A stretch of 64,000 bases of DNA from Eledone cirrhosa (Eukaryota). Each line of letters starts with the position of its first letter. The stretch's first letter is position 1. The stretch spans positions 383,904,001 to 383,968,000 of the forward strand of contig OZ024741.1 of the NCBI GenBank assembly GCA_964016885.1, written 5' to 3'. A model generated the notes under the pieces. That model worked only from the letters and a program-made list of their open reading frames with translations. It did no database searches and was not told where the DNA came from. The translations under genes were made by a program, and so were the position numbers. This document shows, one piece after another, positions 18,845 to 33,599 of the stretch.

Positions 18845-21800
18845 AGCAATCAAGGAAGTGAAATATATGCAGACTAAAAATGGATTTAATTTTTTTAAAT
18901 GCACATGAAAATTTGTAACAAACTGTGAAATTAGTTATAACTCTTTTTAAGTTTACTGTTCTTATCATCTTCTATAGAGTCTCAGAACTGCAATACTAGA
19001 ATACTGTTTTTAATAAGCTGAGGTAGCACATTGAGTTTGAATTCAGGAATTCAAGGATTCAATATGAGAAAATTGCTAAAAACTGCTGTCCTGAATTTTA
19101 AAACTGACAACATCTTATATTAGGATAAAAATAATGAAGCATTTATGTGGTCGTTTAACCTTCTCAAAACTGTTGTTGAATGTTCCTCAAATCAAACTCT
19201 CTCATCATTAAAAAAAATGAACACATTCGATAAAGTTGTCCTAGAAAAAAGACAATATGGTCACAGTTTGGAATGCTTCTGATTGTTGAGTTGTTCAATT
19301 AGGGCTGACCTGGGATAAATAACAGCAAAACAATCAAAATAATGATACTAGTTCCACGCTGTGGTGTCAGTCAAACACTAGTTTAGAATTATCAGTAGAG
19401 TAGATATAGTGTATATACTTACATAGTAAAGATTTGAAAATCCTTAGAAATTTAGTCACAAACCCCTACACAAGCACAAAAATTGTGGCACCTCAATGAA
19501 TAATTGTTATAAAGTTTTATTAAAATTTGTTTATTTTCAGGAAATGTTTCAGTAAAATGTTGCTTCTGCACAGTTTTAGTTTTCAATGTAAAACCATAAG
19601 AGCACTTAGCATATGTTGATTAGATGAATGTTTAATATCCTATTTCTTTCACATTGTTTCCTCTTTTTGTGTATGTGTGTGAGTGTGTATGCATAAATGG
19701 ATGCATGCATGTGAATGAGAACATGTTTATGCATAGATACTAATTCATTCCATCACATAGATTATATCCTAAACATACAACTGTGTGATTCATTAACAAA
19801 ACAGTATAGTAATTTTGTGATTATTATATTTGTTTAGCATTTTATCCAGACTGGAATGTATCCTTACTTTCATACAATTAGACAGGTTCAATATAGAATT
19901 CCCCACTGTATAGGGTGTTGGTCTGTTATAGAATATTGTCTGAAACTGGTTTGTTGGAATTCAAATCCATGTTTATGTGTCTGTAAATATTTGTACTAAG
20001 CATCTATTTTTTAGCTGATTAGATTATCAAATCAGGAGAGTTAGAATATTTAGTTGACTTAATAGGATTTGAAGAAAAATATAATGAATCATTTTCTAAA
20101 CAAGGAATAGCATTCCTAGCATGTGTTGCCATGAAGCAGCAGTTTTGTTTTTCATTGTCATATTAACAATGACCAGATCTTAGGATAAAATTCAAGACAG
20201 ATTTACTTGACTTTAGATGGGATGAGAAAAAAAATATCACGAGTCATTTTCTCGACATGGAATGCCAATTCTTGCATGTGTTCAATCCTATAAACCAGCA
20301 TTTTGTTTGGCCTCCTGTTACATTACTAAAAATTATATTCTTTTGTGCCATACTCCAGCCAAATAAATTGTATTAACCCAAACTGCCTCCCACAAATTAC
20401 TTTTATGGAATTTTAGAACTCAGAATGTCGTTTCTTATTATGTCAGAATAAACAGAGAATTGGTAGAGGTATTAAAACATTGGACAAAATACCTTGTGGT
20501 ACTTATTTTAGAACCTTCACTTCAGAGTACAAAACCTGTTGAGTTCAACTTTGCCTTTCACACTTCTAGTGAGCATAAATAAAGTACCAGTCTATGCCAG
20601 TGGACTGGCAAAGTTGTTAAAGCATCAGATATGGTACTTTGTAATATTTGTTCTGGATCTTTATGATATGAGTTTAACTTTGATTGTAGCCTACTTGGGT
20701 GATGGGCAATGAACTTAGTTGTTTTTAATGGTGCCCTATATGTTGCTAGCATTCAAAGAAGATCTTTTATTTAAGAAAACCTTTCTCCTTTCTACTAGTA
20801 TTAGTGGTGAGGAAAAGAAGGTGAGTCATTACATTCCTTCCTGATTAAAGAGAAGGGAATGTGAAGAAGATATTTTGAGTAAAAGTTGCCAATATTTAAA
20901 CATATAAAACACATTTCTTTCAACATCATCTAATTATTTTTCAGTTGAAATTTCTTTTTAATTTATTCTGAATAAACAAAATTTATTTTACTAATAACAC
21001 TGATAAAAGCCAGCACTAATATTAAAATATATCATTTGATATGTCATTGCTTAACACAACTAAATTATGAAATTTAAGCAAGTTATTAAACTTCACTTCC
21101 TAAATTTACATATTTAGTTAAAACAAGAACTAAAAATACAAAATATTTGAAAGAAATTCTGAGAAAATTGATAATAACAATTAAACAAGTGGAATGTAAT
21201 TATTTCAATTGTCAAAGCATTTTTAATATCCATTTAAACTTCTTATAAAATTCAGCTGTATCTTTATTGCTGTCAGATTAACAAATATATATATTTGAGA
21301 AAAATTACCATTGAATAAGATTTTTATGACTTCACTAATTGTAAGCAATATTTACAATAAAAAGTAGCTGTAAGCTAATAATTTCAGAATATTTTCATAC
21401 AGATATAAGACATCCAATTAAATATAATTCTATTCACATATACACAATACACTGAACTTCTATATTGTCTACAATATATATGATGTGAACTACCTTAAAG
21501 GAAAATTCTACATCTAAATATATTTCAAGTAGAGTCTTACATCTGTTATATAGTGAGTTTTAAACTTCTATCAACTAATATCATTACTTTAATTAGACAA
21601 ATCTAGCTCTGGGATTGTTTAAAATTCAATAACGCCAATAAAACCAGGTAGTAAAGATAATGCAAATGAGGAAGAATTTTGTCTTTACAGTCAACTGGTG
21701 AAATCAACAAACATATTTCAGTCTTATTAGATCTCCTTAGTCAAGCATATTCAACTCAGTTGAATCAGTATATATACAAATAATGGCAATGTTTGGATAT

Positions 21801-21881
21801 CAACAATACGGTTGAGGAAAGATACCACTGAGGAGTGTTCTGCATACGAAATAACATTAGCAAAGTTTCATATATGCATAA

Positions 21882-22067
21882 ATAATTGTTTCTACTTTTG
21901 GCACAAGGCCAGCAATTATCCAGTACATTACTGGTACTTTATGTTATTGACCCCGTAAGGATGAAAGGCAAAGTTAACCTTGGCGGGATTTGAACTCAGA
22001 ATGGCAAGGGCCATAACTCTATACATCAAAGCATAGTGTCCGACCCTCTACCGATACTGCCAATCCA
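21882..22067 (-). mobile_element. tRNA-derived SINE (Nin/Deu-like domain)
   Basis: Reverse complement contains GAGTTCAAATCCCGCC and TTTGCCTTTCATCCTTACGGGGTC. Confidence 0.88.
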
Positions 22068-22159
22068 ATTCTTCTCCAATATATGCATAAATAATGAGTT
22101 AAAAAACAAGTGAGTGAGATAAAATTCATAAGATCAAATCATTGCTGTCGATCTACACA

Positions 22160-22452
22160 CTAAAAGCACCCAGTACATGCTGTAAAGTGGTTGGTGTTAT
22201 TAAGGGCATCCAACCATAGAAAGCTTGACAAACAAGATGTTGAGAGGACCCTTCAGCTTGTGTCAAAAGACATGACAACTTCTCCTCTGCACCCTATATG
22301 ACCATACGTAAATGAGATACAGACATCTCAACCTGCCTATGAGGTTAGTAGCTCCCCTTCAGTACTTACTTGATCCATGTAGCCCCATCAAACCCTTGCT
22401 AGCAGGGAAAGTTGACGTTAAATGTTGATGATGATGATGATGATGATGATGA
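22160..22452 (+). mobile_element. RTE 3' UTR fragment with (GAT)n tail
   Basis: Similar to 7790-7968 (GGTTGGTGTT..AAGGGCATCC; GACGTTAAATGTTGATGATG). Confidence 0.7.
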
Positions 22453-23210
22453 CTTTAAAGCTAACTGGCAATATATTGTTATTATACATTATATAAACAA
22501 ACTTGTGGTGATTTTCATAATCACTCTTTGAGTTACTGTTTTATATATACCCCCTTAGTTTTGGCGATCTATATGATAAATGAAATCAGTGCATTATATA
22601 AATTGGCTGATGATAAGAAGGGCAACCATCCATAGAAAACCTTTCAAAGGGCTGGGAGGACACTTGAACATTGTCAAAGATATGAAAACCTCTCTAGTGC
22701 TTGTGCCATGATCAAATTTACTCAGTAGAGCATGGAAATATATGTAAATGAAATGGGAAACCCTAGCCTGTCTGAGTATTCAGTAGAATGCAGGAACATA
22801 TGTAAGTGAGAAATACACCCCAATCCATCTGAGAGATCAGTAGCTTTGTTTGAGAACTGACTCAATCTGTAAGGACCTGTCCAAACCTTACTAGGATGGA
22901 AACTGGATGTTTTATAATGATGATGATCATGATGATACATTTATTTCTGAAGTGTCCTAGGCAAATGGCTTGATCTGAGATTGTGTAGTGAAACTGTGTC
23001 AGTGACCAATTTGAAGACAGTGCTATAAACATTTTAACACCAACCAATAAAAGAAGTAAAGTTAACAGTGTTTGTGTATTTTATAAATGGTTTAAATTAC
23101 TCTTCCATGCAGCATTTGTTATATACATATGCACATCTATCTATCACTCTTGCACAGTGGGACTGGGACAACATATGCATATACATATAATTTACATTTA
23201 GATATATGTA

Positions 23211-24482
23211 CAGGGTGGCTAAAAATAAACTGGCCCAATTTTATTTTCGTCTACATTACTCATTGTTTAACAAAACCTGATGTAAGTGCAGATATGTTTA
23301 GTTCAAACCATTAAAAACAACATACCAAAAATTCACTATCTCTTGATGTATCTGTCCAGAGCTACACCACATAATCCAAGAGATCCACATTTAAATGCAT
23401 ACACTTTTGAGGTTCATAGTGAATGTCTTTAGAAATAGACTGAAGGATGACTCTGATTTCCTTCCCAATATTTTCCTTTAGTTCAGTGATGGTCCTGGAT
23501 TTGTTGACTTATACTCTCTCCTTCAGATAGCCCAAAAGAAAGAAATTTGGTGGAGGGTTAAATCAAGGCTGCATAAGGCCCACTCAAAATCAGTCTTCAT
23601 ATTGATCACACGATTTGCAAAGTTATTTTTTAGCCATTCTCGCAACTCATTGGATATGTCGAGGGCTTGCTCCATCTTGTAGAAACCATAATTTATTCAT
23701 TAGAGATGGATACATCGTCTGTTGCTACTTTTTGTAGCTTCCTTTGTGACTGTAGCAGTTACACCAGTTTCTTCAAAGAAGAATTGGCAACCAAGATGGT
23801 ACATTTAACCAAGTGGAAACATTTCACGGCCACATCAGTAGGTTTTTCTGATCCCCAGAACACATTGTTCTTAAAGTTGATTTTTCCCTCTAAGTAAACG
23901 TGGGCTTCATCAGAGCTTCACAGCAGATTCAGAAAATTTGGGTTGTTTTCCATCTTCTGTAGAATTTTCTCAACCATAGCCTTTGTAGTGGTCTTATCAG
24001 CTACGATAATCTTTTGTTTAGTCTGTATTCTGTAGGGGTACTTCTTAAGATCCTCTATGACAACACTTTTGCAAGTTTCTGTGAAGAGACTCAAGGATTG
24101 GCTTCTGTGCAGCAATTGTTTTGAGCTCTGTTCAACAAACTTTTGGATCATGTCAATAACTTCCTGTGTACCTATGTATGGTTCCTAGATCATCCAGAGT
24201 GGGTAGAACGGTCCTCAGACATTGTATTGAGGTTCTCCATTGTCCCATAGGTCTCAAACTTCTTCACCTACGTTTTACATTGACTCTGAAGTGATATTTG
24301 TTCATTCCAAAAAATGCATGAAATTGCTCCTGGATCTGTAGGAGCCTCACATGGTAGACTCTCACACAGACAATCCAGTGGTGGCTCTCCCATTGGGGTC
24401 TTGATGTCTTCTCAGATGTGTTTCCCATGATCAGATAGAAAATGAATATACAATGACACAAAACATGTTTTTAGTCACCCTG
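23211..24482 (-). mobile_element. Tc1/mariner DNA transposon, degenerate transposase (approximately DD41D spacing)
   Basis: TIRs CAGGGTGGCTAAAAA / TTTTTAGTCACCCTG flanked by TA; minus-strand motifs YPYRIQ, SDEAH, QDGA, W...S.DLT, GYLKERV with stops and frameshifts. Confidence 0.9.
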
Positions 24483-24698
24483 TATTTATACATATAATGT
24501 ATAAATATGTATGCATATATATGTGCGTGTGAGGGGGCAAGTGTGAGGGTGTGTGTATACATGTATATACGTGTATGTGAGTTGTGGGTTCAATCTCAGG
24601 CGACCACAGTAAGAATACATTCTACAGGGTTTCCTGATGATTTCCTTCGAATGAAACAGTTCTAGTCCTGTAGAAGCCATTTCTATATTAAATGTTGT

Positions 24699-24731
<33 letters not shown>

Positions 24732-24863
24732 GTGAGGTTTTTTTTTACAAAAGGAAAAATAACCGAGGTGTCCTACACGATTGAAAGTATAAAGAAAAAG
24801 AGATGAAATCGAAAATGCAACTGGAGTCTTATTTTTTTTTTAAATATATATATTTATTTGGTT

Positions 24864-24898
24864 CCTTTACCGGTTTCGCAGTTCTGCTTTTCAAAAGG
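24864..24898 (-). ncRNA. Hammerhead variant (U3-A8 core), loop II shortened
   Basis: CCTT-TTGAAAA-GCAG(AA)CTGC-GAA-ACCGGT-A^AAGG. Confidence 0.6.
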
Positions 24899-25601
24899 TG
24901 AGTTGAGATCGAGTGTCTGTGGTTTTTCTCACATCTGGTTGGTCTCTGAATGTTACTTGTTTTATATGGAAAAAGTGGCTCGAAATGCCAGGTTTTTCGA
25001 GAAGTAATTTGATTGGTTTGTCAATAATTATAATAAATTTCGCGCCAGTTCGCGTTACAATAGTTCTTCAAATAAGAGGGGGGGGGGGGGTTGTCACAGG
25101 TTGTTTTTTCATATATGAGTGTTTGAATTTCTTTTTACTTGAAAAAAGGAGGCTCACGAAGGCTTTTTTTTGGTTGGTTAAAAATGAAATTATGGCTGTC
25201 ACATGAACAAATTTTCATTAAATTTTTGTGCCCTTATTTGGAAATCAAAAAATTCTCTAAAAAGGCTACAGAATGGATTTCCAAATAAGGGCACAAAAAT
25301 TTAATGAAAATTTGTTCACGTGACAGCCATAATTTAATTTATAACCAACCCAGAAAAGCCTTCGTGAGCCTCCTTTTTTCAAGTAAAAAGAAATTCAAAC
25401 ACTCATATATGAAAAAACAACCTGTGACAACCCCCCCCCCCCCTCCCCCACTTATTTGAAGAACTATTGTAACGCGAACTGGCGCAAAATTTATTATAAT
25501 TATTGACAAACCAATCAAATTACTTCTCGAAAAACCTGGCATTTCGAGCCACTTTTTCCATATAAAACAAGTAACATTCAGAGACCAACCAGATGTGAGA
25601 A

Positions 25602-25638
25602 CTTTTGAAAAGCAGAAGAACTGCGAAACCGGTAAAGG
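25602..25638 (+). ncRNA. Hammerhead variant (U3-A8 core)
   Basis: CTT-TTGAAAA-GCAG(AAGAA)CTGC-GAA-ACCGGT-A^AAG. Confidence 0.62.
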
Positions 25639-25710
25639 AACCAAATAAATATATATATTTTTAAAAAAAATAAGACTCCAGTTGCATTTTCGATTTCATC
25701 TCTTTTTCTT

Positions 25711-25742
<32 letters not shown>

Positions 25743-27175
25743 ATATATAAATCTTAAATATATATATTTGTATGAACACATACACATTTGTATATTCATA
25801 TATATATATATATATGCATTTACATACGTATACATATATGTATATATATATCTAAATATAAACACACATACAGGCAAACATATATCTATCCTTACATGTG
25901 TGTATTTTACATTTACTCTAATATATAAAACAGAACAATTACTCTTTCTCTTTCATCGAAATTTAACATTCTTTTTTCTTAATTACATTTTCAAGCCTTC
26001 TACTTCTATTTTGATTCTATCGAACATATCTTTATCAATTTTATCAATAATTACAAAAACACTATGTGAATGCAGAAGTGTTTATAACTTATCAGAATTT
26101 TTGTTTTGTTTTTTTCTGAAAAAGGAGTGAAATTCTGCAAAATTTTGCTCATACCTGTTCAAATCTTATTGATTGAAAACCCTTGAGAAAACTAAAATTA
26201 ATGTGCTGTGCGAGGAAAAAAGCCCTTCAAAATCAATAACACATGTTTAACATCTGTGCACTCATCTTTTATATCAAGACTGGATAACATTTTTTACCCT
26301 CTCAATCACATCTATTTTTTGTTATATGTTCATATTTGGACATTTATGTTATATATTTCTATAATACATAGAACAAGAATTGGTACACCTTAATGGAAAT
26401 ATATTTCTTTGTATTTTACACTTTTCCTAAATATTTTTCACCTTTTCAAGAAAAAAAAAATAGGATAACTAATTTGCGTGCATTTATAATTCTACTATTG
26501 TAAACATTTTTGTATCCATTTATTTCTATCAATATCCTCTGCCTATTCTAAGTGCTGTATGTGTGTATTTAAGAACAATTCACCGATGTATGCTTGTATC
26601 AGGTAGCCAGTGATAAGTGCACAAACTAGCCAATAAAAGGTTCTCACTTTCTTTCATTCACATGTTCTGCCTCCCCTACTATTCCTTCTTTTTTCAGTGC
26701 TAGTTTGGTTCAAAGGATGCAGGTATAACTGTGTGGTTAAGAAGCTTGCTTTGTAAATATGTGGTATCAGCCACAATTCCACTATGCTTCACCTTAGGTG
26801 TCTTCTAATAGCCTTTGGTTCAATAAAGCTTTCTCAGTGAAACTTAGTTGACAGAAACTGTGAGAAATCCTATTGATAATTTTTGGATGGTAGACTTAGT
26901 CTATCACGTAGCTTAGCACATGATATTCAGCAGTTGTAAGCTTTTGGACCAAGTTCCCATTTTGAGAACATCTTCTCTTCAGCCACCAGCCTCAGACACC
27001 CTGAAAAGTATTGTTGACTAAACTATAAGAAAAAAAAATAGTTAGTTTTCATGAAAGTGACCCTGCCTTCATTTGTGTCATGTCAATTTAGTCTCTTTCA
27101 TTCTTAATACAGTTTCATACTAACATGTTTCTCTTTTTATTTGATACTTTCCACTCCAAAATTCCTTTTCTATTA

Positions 27176-27392
27176 TATTGGTTTCTTATATAGGCACAAG
27201 GCCAGCAATTTGGGGGGAGTGGAAAGTCGATTAAATCGACCCCAGTGCGTGACTGGTACTTTATTTTATCGACCCCATAAGGATGAAAGGCAAAGTTAAC
27301 CTCGGCGGGATTTGAACTCAGCTCATAAAGGGCCGTAACTCTTTGCTGCAAAGCATCGCATCCGACATTCTACCGATACTGCCAATCCACCT
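27176..27392 (-). mobile_element. tRNA-derived SINE (Nin/Deu-like domain)
   Basis: Reverse complement contains GCCTTTCATCCTTATGGGGTCGATAAAATAAAGTACCAG and B-box. Confidence 0.9.
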
Positions 27393-30300
27393 TTGCTACT
27401 ATATTAAAACCAATAAATGTCAGTTTTATATTATTTTATCTATGGATCATTTTCTTTTATTCAAAACATTACAAGCCTCTTCTTATCAAATATACATCAT
27501 CCAATTTTTAAAACCAGTTATATATTACTATCTGGTAATGTGAAACCAATGTGAAACCCCAGTGCTTGACATCAGCATTGGTCCATTCTTGTGTAGATAT
27601 AACCTTTGAAGTCTTATTAAACACTCTACAGCAGCAGAAAAAAATTTAGCGCAACAAGTGGTTCTCTACACAAACTATAATAGCTGCATATTTTATAAAT
27701 CTTTTAAAGAGCCCACCCCATTCTTTCTCTCTCACTCTCATTCTCTTTCCCTCTGTCTTTCACTTTCTCATTCCCTCTCCTTCTTACTTCCTCCCATTAT
27801 TTATGCTTTGTTTCTCTTTATTGCTTTCAACATTCTCAGTTGGTTAGATTCATAATAGCCTTTGTCTATTTATCTCTCTATCATCTACTGTACTAATTTA
27901 TATATTTTCACATAAGTATATATATATTCTCTTCCCCAACCCCACTATTACATAAACACTGTTTCTCCCACCATTATTGCAGATATTCTGGATATTCTAA
28001 ATATGCAGGGACACTTTCTTGGCTACCAGCAATTAATAGCATAATAGTTGAGTGGGATATTAAATTTAAGTGCCACTATGCTGTCCAATAAGGTTTTGAT
28101 CATATTTCCGATTTTATTTTCATGAATGTCTTAATGTGTCTGAAAACAAATCATAAAACAGTTGGTAGTAAGATCTTTCAGCTACAGATTTTAAAGTTGA
28201 AGTCCACCACTACACGAAATACAGACATTAGTCAAAGTATTTCTGTGCTAGATAACAGACACAGCAATATCACCACAAATTGCTAGATTATTGATTGGTG
28301 TTAAAAAAAAAGGCATTGTTATTTTGTTGTGAAGTTTGTATACAGGTGTGATATATACAAATCTTTATTCATACAACATATGTAAAACACTGTTATACAA
28401 GCTGACAAGAATATTTCTATACAGCTGCTTAACCTGCTAGAAACAGCAACCAAATCTCCCTCAAGTCACTGGCCACCATCTTATATAAAATATAATACAT
28501 TTGATAATGTAATCCTTAGAAATCGCTAGGAAGATCACATTCTTAATGCCTTTCATTATAGAGCTAGGGCTAAACAACAATATTGTTGTATTTCCTTCTC
28601 TTGTAAATAATTTTTATTTTAGATAAGGAATACAATTTTGTCATATGTTAGCAATATAACCTGGTTTTCCTGATGTATTTATTATATAGCATATGGTATA
28701 AAAATGTTTAGGTTTTCTTCACATTCCACAATAAGCAGAGCTTTTCAATACCATCATGTTATACAGGGATTTATGCTGATTGTAGAAAATTACACCATAT
28801 AGGCTACACTGTATATACATAGGTACACTAATATATGAAAAATCCCACACCACAATTAATTTTACTACAGTTACTTCCAGGATTCATAAGATAATTTTCA
28901 CATTGATTTTCAATCGTGTATTACTGTTATCACTTATTAATACCAGCCATGATGGTATGTAAGGTCATTGGACTTCATTTGCTGTCCCTACTCTGTTTAT
29001 TGAGGTAACTACATTTGTTCAGCTTTAAATACTCATACCAAGACTAGTGGTTAGGGTACTGGACTCACAATCATAAGGTTTTTGTTTCATATCCTGAACT
29101 GAGCAGCATGTTGTGTTTTTGAACAAAATGCTTTATGCTGCTTTTCAGGAAAGGCTGTTGGCCCCTATCATTAAAACACCTAAGAAACTTCCTATGAGAT
29201 ACAACCTCATAGGAAGCCTGCATAGGTGTAAGTTATATATTCAATTTTCTGTTCATATATGGGCTTATATCTGCCTTTATTCTCAATTATGCTGTGTTAG
29301 TGCTATGGAAATTAAAATAATTTTCCTCAGATATAGTGACTAATTTGATCCTTTAAACCTGTGCCTAGTGATTTCTTTTTGGTTTCTTTGGTAATTATCT
29401 TAAGTGTTCGTGTGTTTTTCTGTGGAATTGGAGTAGGAAATAGTGTTTTATTTTCTTAAAGTTAAAATTGTGTAAATAGTTCCCAAAACATTTTTGTAAG
29501 AATGTATTTTGTCATTCTCCAAGAAAGAATCCTGTTTGAAGCATAAGTCTTCTTTTCTTTTTGATTGCGAACTTATTCCATTTGTGAACTTTTTAAACTT
29601 ACTATTTGTTTATGTAAACTACCACTAGTTTTCTAAAATTCTACTTGTTTTACTTTGTTAGTATATAGTTTGCATGACCTTACTATTTTGTCAGTACTGT
29701 ATTTTACCCTGCTTTATTCATAAACATAAACATACCAACTATTGACATTACTTAAATAAATATCATACATTTTAAGTGATTTTCTTATCTTTTTGGAAAA
29801 TTTGTATCTTTATGACTTTAAATTTTCAGCGATAAATAAATAAATAATTTTTTTATAGCTACTTGCTTTTATAATTTATCAAATTCTCTTGCACCATTTT
29901 GTAATTTTTTCAAATTTTCAATGATAATTTATTTCATATATTTTTGTTTATAAAATTCCATTTTTAATGAAGATGTTTGGTTTCCTTTCCTAAGGCACTT
30001 AACTATTTTCACACTCCCTCCTCAGTTTCATTACTCCTAGCTTTGATTAAATAACAAATGCACTCCTTCAATTGCGTAAAAAAAATTAACATGATTTTTT
30101 AGAGGAGAATAAAAAATATTGCAATCTAATTAATATTTAAAATACTTTATCCATTGATTGTTGCTACTTGAAATATAGTAAAATAAATGTTTGGAAATAA
30201 AATAAAACTACTTTACAATTTAGTTTCCAGCAAGCCAGAGTTCAATTCGATTTTAAGGAAATTTTACACATCAGTTAATTTATTTTTATTGTTTTTATTT

Positions 30301-33001
30301 TATTTTATTTCATTTCTTTATTATCTAATAAAGAAATCATTATTTTATTATCAAAAAAGGATGTTTTTATCATCATCTAATAGTTAATCCATTTCAATTG
30401 TAGCCATAGAAGTTATAGTTTTAGTGGTAACTAACTTGGAGAGAAAAGTTGCATTGCTGTACTATAAAACTTTGCTTTGAGATCCAACTATTTAATATGG
30501 ATTACATCCTTGTGTGCTAAGAAGACATAGCTGGTAAAATAAGAATCAGATAAACTTGCATAATCCATGTTTTGATTAATGTCATCATAAAGGAGGAAAA
30601 CCTTGATTTTGGTAGTTTCCCAAGTAAGATGCCTGCTACTCTCAGACTAATTAATGCGGATTAATTTTTATTGAAATCAACAGTCTCAATCGAGTGAGGG
30701 TACTGACTGTAAAGTTTCTTGATCATAGGTGTTGCTATAGTTACACTATGATAAAATTAGCCTCTTAGTTTGTTAACATTTAAGAAGATAACATTTATGG
30801 AGAAAAAACTTATACTGCTAGAAAAGAAAACTAATAAAATAATGTAATTAATGTAATTAATTATTCAATCATCATCAACAGCATTTTTCCATTTTGCAAG
30901 GGTTTGGACACATCTTTTGTGGCAAGTTTTCTATGGCTTGATGCATTCCTGTTGCCAACCCCTACTTTATTCTAAGTAAGATATAGGATGTATGCAGTAC
31001 GACATATTGTTTCTGAAAGACATAAACAAATTTCCCATCTAGTTTTCATAAGTGATGTGTAATGAATATATATATGTGGGGGGTGCACGTGCGTGTGTGT
31101 GTGTACATTCTCCATGTGTCCATTTTCAAGTCTTTCAATCTCGCATTTGTCCCATTTGCAAATTTTGAACTTATATATATTATCATATATATGTATGTGT
31201 GTGGGAAGCTTCCTTACAGTTTCTTTCTGTGAAATTAACTCAGAAGATATTGGTTCGCCCAGGACTATAGTAGAATCACTCTCCCAATGTGTTACATATT
31301 GGAACTTAAGCTGAAACTATTTGGTTGCAAAGCAAGCTTTTTAATCACACAGCCATGCCTGGATGCCACATGAATTTCAATGTTAAGCTTAGCTCAGACA
31401 AAAATGATAATATGTCATACCAGATAAAAGGAAATACATACATAGTTTATCTAGAACAAAAACAAACTAGGATGAATAAAGATTAATATGAATTGTGAAT
31501 AATAATGGTGGGGAATGGGGTGGAATAAAAGTAAATTCCGCCGATAAATTGTTTTGAAGTAATTTTGAATTTAAAATCATGTTACTCATCTGCAATTGAA
31601 TAGCTATTCTCCTGTCCAATAGATATATTTATATATTTTATATTAAAACAAAATGTAATGTAATCTAATTTGATGAATACATGACAAGTTTTGTTTATGA
31701 ATACATTAAAGCATTGCAGAGCCCTGGTGGCTGTAGGTTGTCAGATTGAATGGCTTACTAAGCCATTTTTAATACCAAACAGTCTGGAATTTAAATATTC
31801 TTAGTTGACAGATTCTCTTTTCTCTTAAATTAATAAATACAGAGGTAAATTGTGATAATTAATATAGTATAGAAATGAATGCTGCATTCAATTAAAGTTC
31901 TTTAAAAGAGAGGATTCCTGCTGTTTCAATTGTTTCATGGAGGACATTTATAATTAAGATAAAATAATTAATTTAGAAAATAAAGATATCTTTATAAACT
32001 TAAGATCATTATGAAAACCAGCTAAGAAAGCATTAAAATAAACCAGTTGTTGAAGTGACTACTACTACACTTCTTATTTAATACAATCTGTAGGAAATAG
32101 CCAACAAGTAAAGGGAGTACTTAATGAGTTGTCAGTTGTAAAATAATTAGTTTCTCAGATTGATTGGTGTCTAGAACCTGAAAGAAAATTGATTGCTATC
32201 ATTCCCTTCTGATTAGAAAACGATTTCTACTGAAGATCAGAACTAATTGGAAACCAGGCTGCAGAATGACTTAATTACAGTATTATGTCAAATGGGTTTT
32301 ATATTAGAAGAAGTGGTTGGTTAGGCAATGAACAACTTGATATGGTGTCTACACCTGACAAAAGCAGTTCACATGTCATGAAATTTAGCTCATCTGTTTT
32401 AAGTATGCCGCTCTTCCACAAATTTCCTCTGACATTTAAGTGGATTTAAAGGTTGTTCTCGCTGACTATTACTAAAGTAATCCTTAGAATTATTTTTTTC
32501 TCTCTTATAAATTAAAATAAAAACAAAGGGAAAAAAGAAGCAATTAGCAACTGATGAATTATTATCTCTCTTAAATGGGATATTAATGTCTAGTTTTGAA
32601 CCTAACATCCAGCTTTTAACATCCTGTGCCTCATGAAGCCACATTAATAAGACATGCTTGAAACATACAAAGCAACACTATGACTATCATTTTATAATTA
32701 AATTTTTTACTTTAGTTTAAAACAAATTTTCACAATGATGTTTGCTAGTAATAATACTATAAACATTTTAATTAAGAAAGCATTTCTCTCTAGATATCTT
32801 CTGCAAGTATTACAAGATGTTAAGAGTTAAATCATTTCTTCATCTGCTGTGTGAGTTGTGAACTCTGTTATTTTGTTGGGTAGTCTGGTGTGGTGTAGTG
32901 TGGTGAAAAAGATATAACTTGGTTATTATATTAAAATATATGCTCTTTACACTTGACTAATATACCTTATTGATATTATATATTCAAAGATATTGATATA
33001 A

Positions 33002-33032
<31 letters not shown>

Positions 33033-33034
33033 GT

Positions 33035-33382
33035 AAGGGTGAAGAGCCCCTTTCAGTCACCAATGACCATGGGATTTGCACCTAGAAAGTTTCCCTTCCG
33101 AGGCATATGTTCAGGCATGGTTGTTTGTGGAAGACCACCAGTTGCCCATGTATACCAGTCTCCCCTCTCCACACCACCGATGTTGTCCAAGGTAAAGGCA
33201 AAGTCCAATACAGCTTGGCACCAGTGACATCACAACTCATTTATACTGATGAGTAAACTAAAGCAATGTGAAAAATAAAGTGTCTTGCTCAAGGATACAA
33301 TGCATCAACTGATCTGAGAATTGAACTCACAACCTATCAATTGCAAGCCCAATGCTCTAACCACTAAGCCATTCACCTTCAC
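33035..33382 (-). mobile_element. tRNA-derived SINE, same head as 13304 family but a different 3' tail
   Basis: Head TGGCTTAGTGGTTAGAGCATTGGG..GAGTTCAATTCTCAG..CCTTGAGCAAGACACTT; distinct tail ending GGGGCTCTTCAC. Confidence 0.82.
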
Positions 33383-33599
33383 ATATATATATGTATATAC
33401 TTTTCATATATAACCCTCACATATCTGAAAACAGAAAATAGAATGGCGTAATAACATATCTTGGCATTTCATAGTAAAATATATCATGATGAAGATAATG
33501 ACTGTTATTTTTGGAATGATAATAGTTGATATTAACAGAAATATTGATGATGATGATGGTAACAATAATAATGATAATAATATTTATAGTATAGTTGTC

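Larger units (their letters stand above)
24725..25714. mobile_element. Penelope-like non-autonomous insertion forming a long palindrome
   Basis: Arms 24788-25246 and 25276-25714, 29-bp spacer; each arm has a hammerhead-like motif; TA-flanked; third partial copy at 61427-61636. Confidence 0.75.

Noticed and set aside
21820-21865. CTGAGGA..GAAA hammerhead-like hit
   Set aside because: Weak stem II and no stem I
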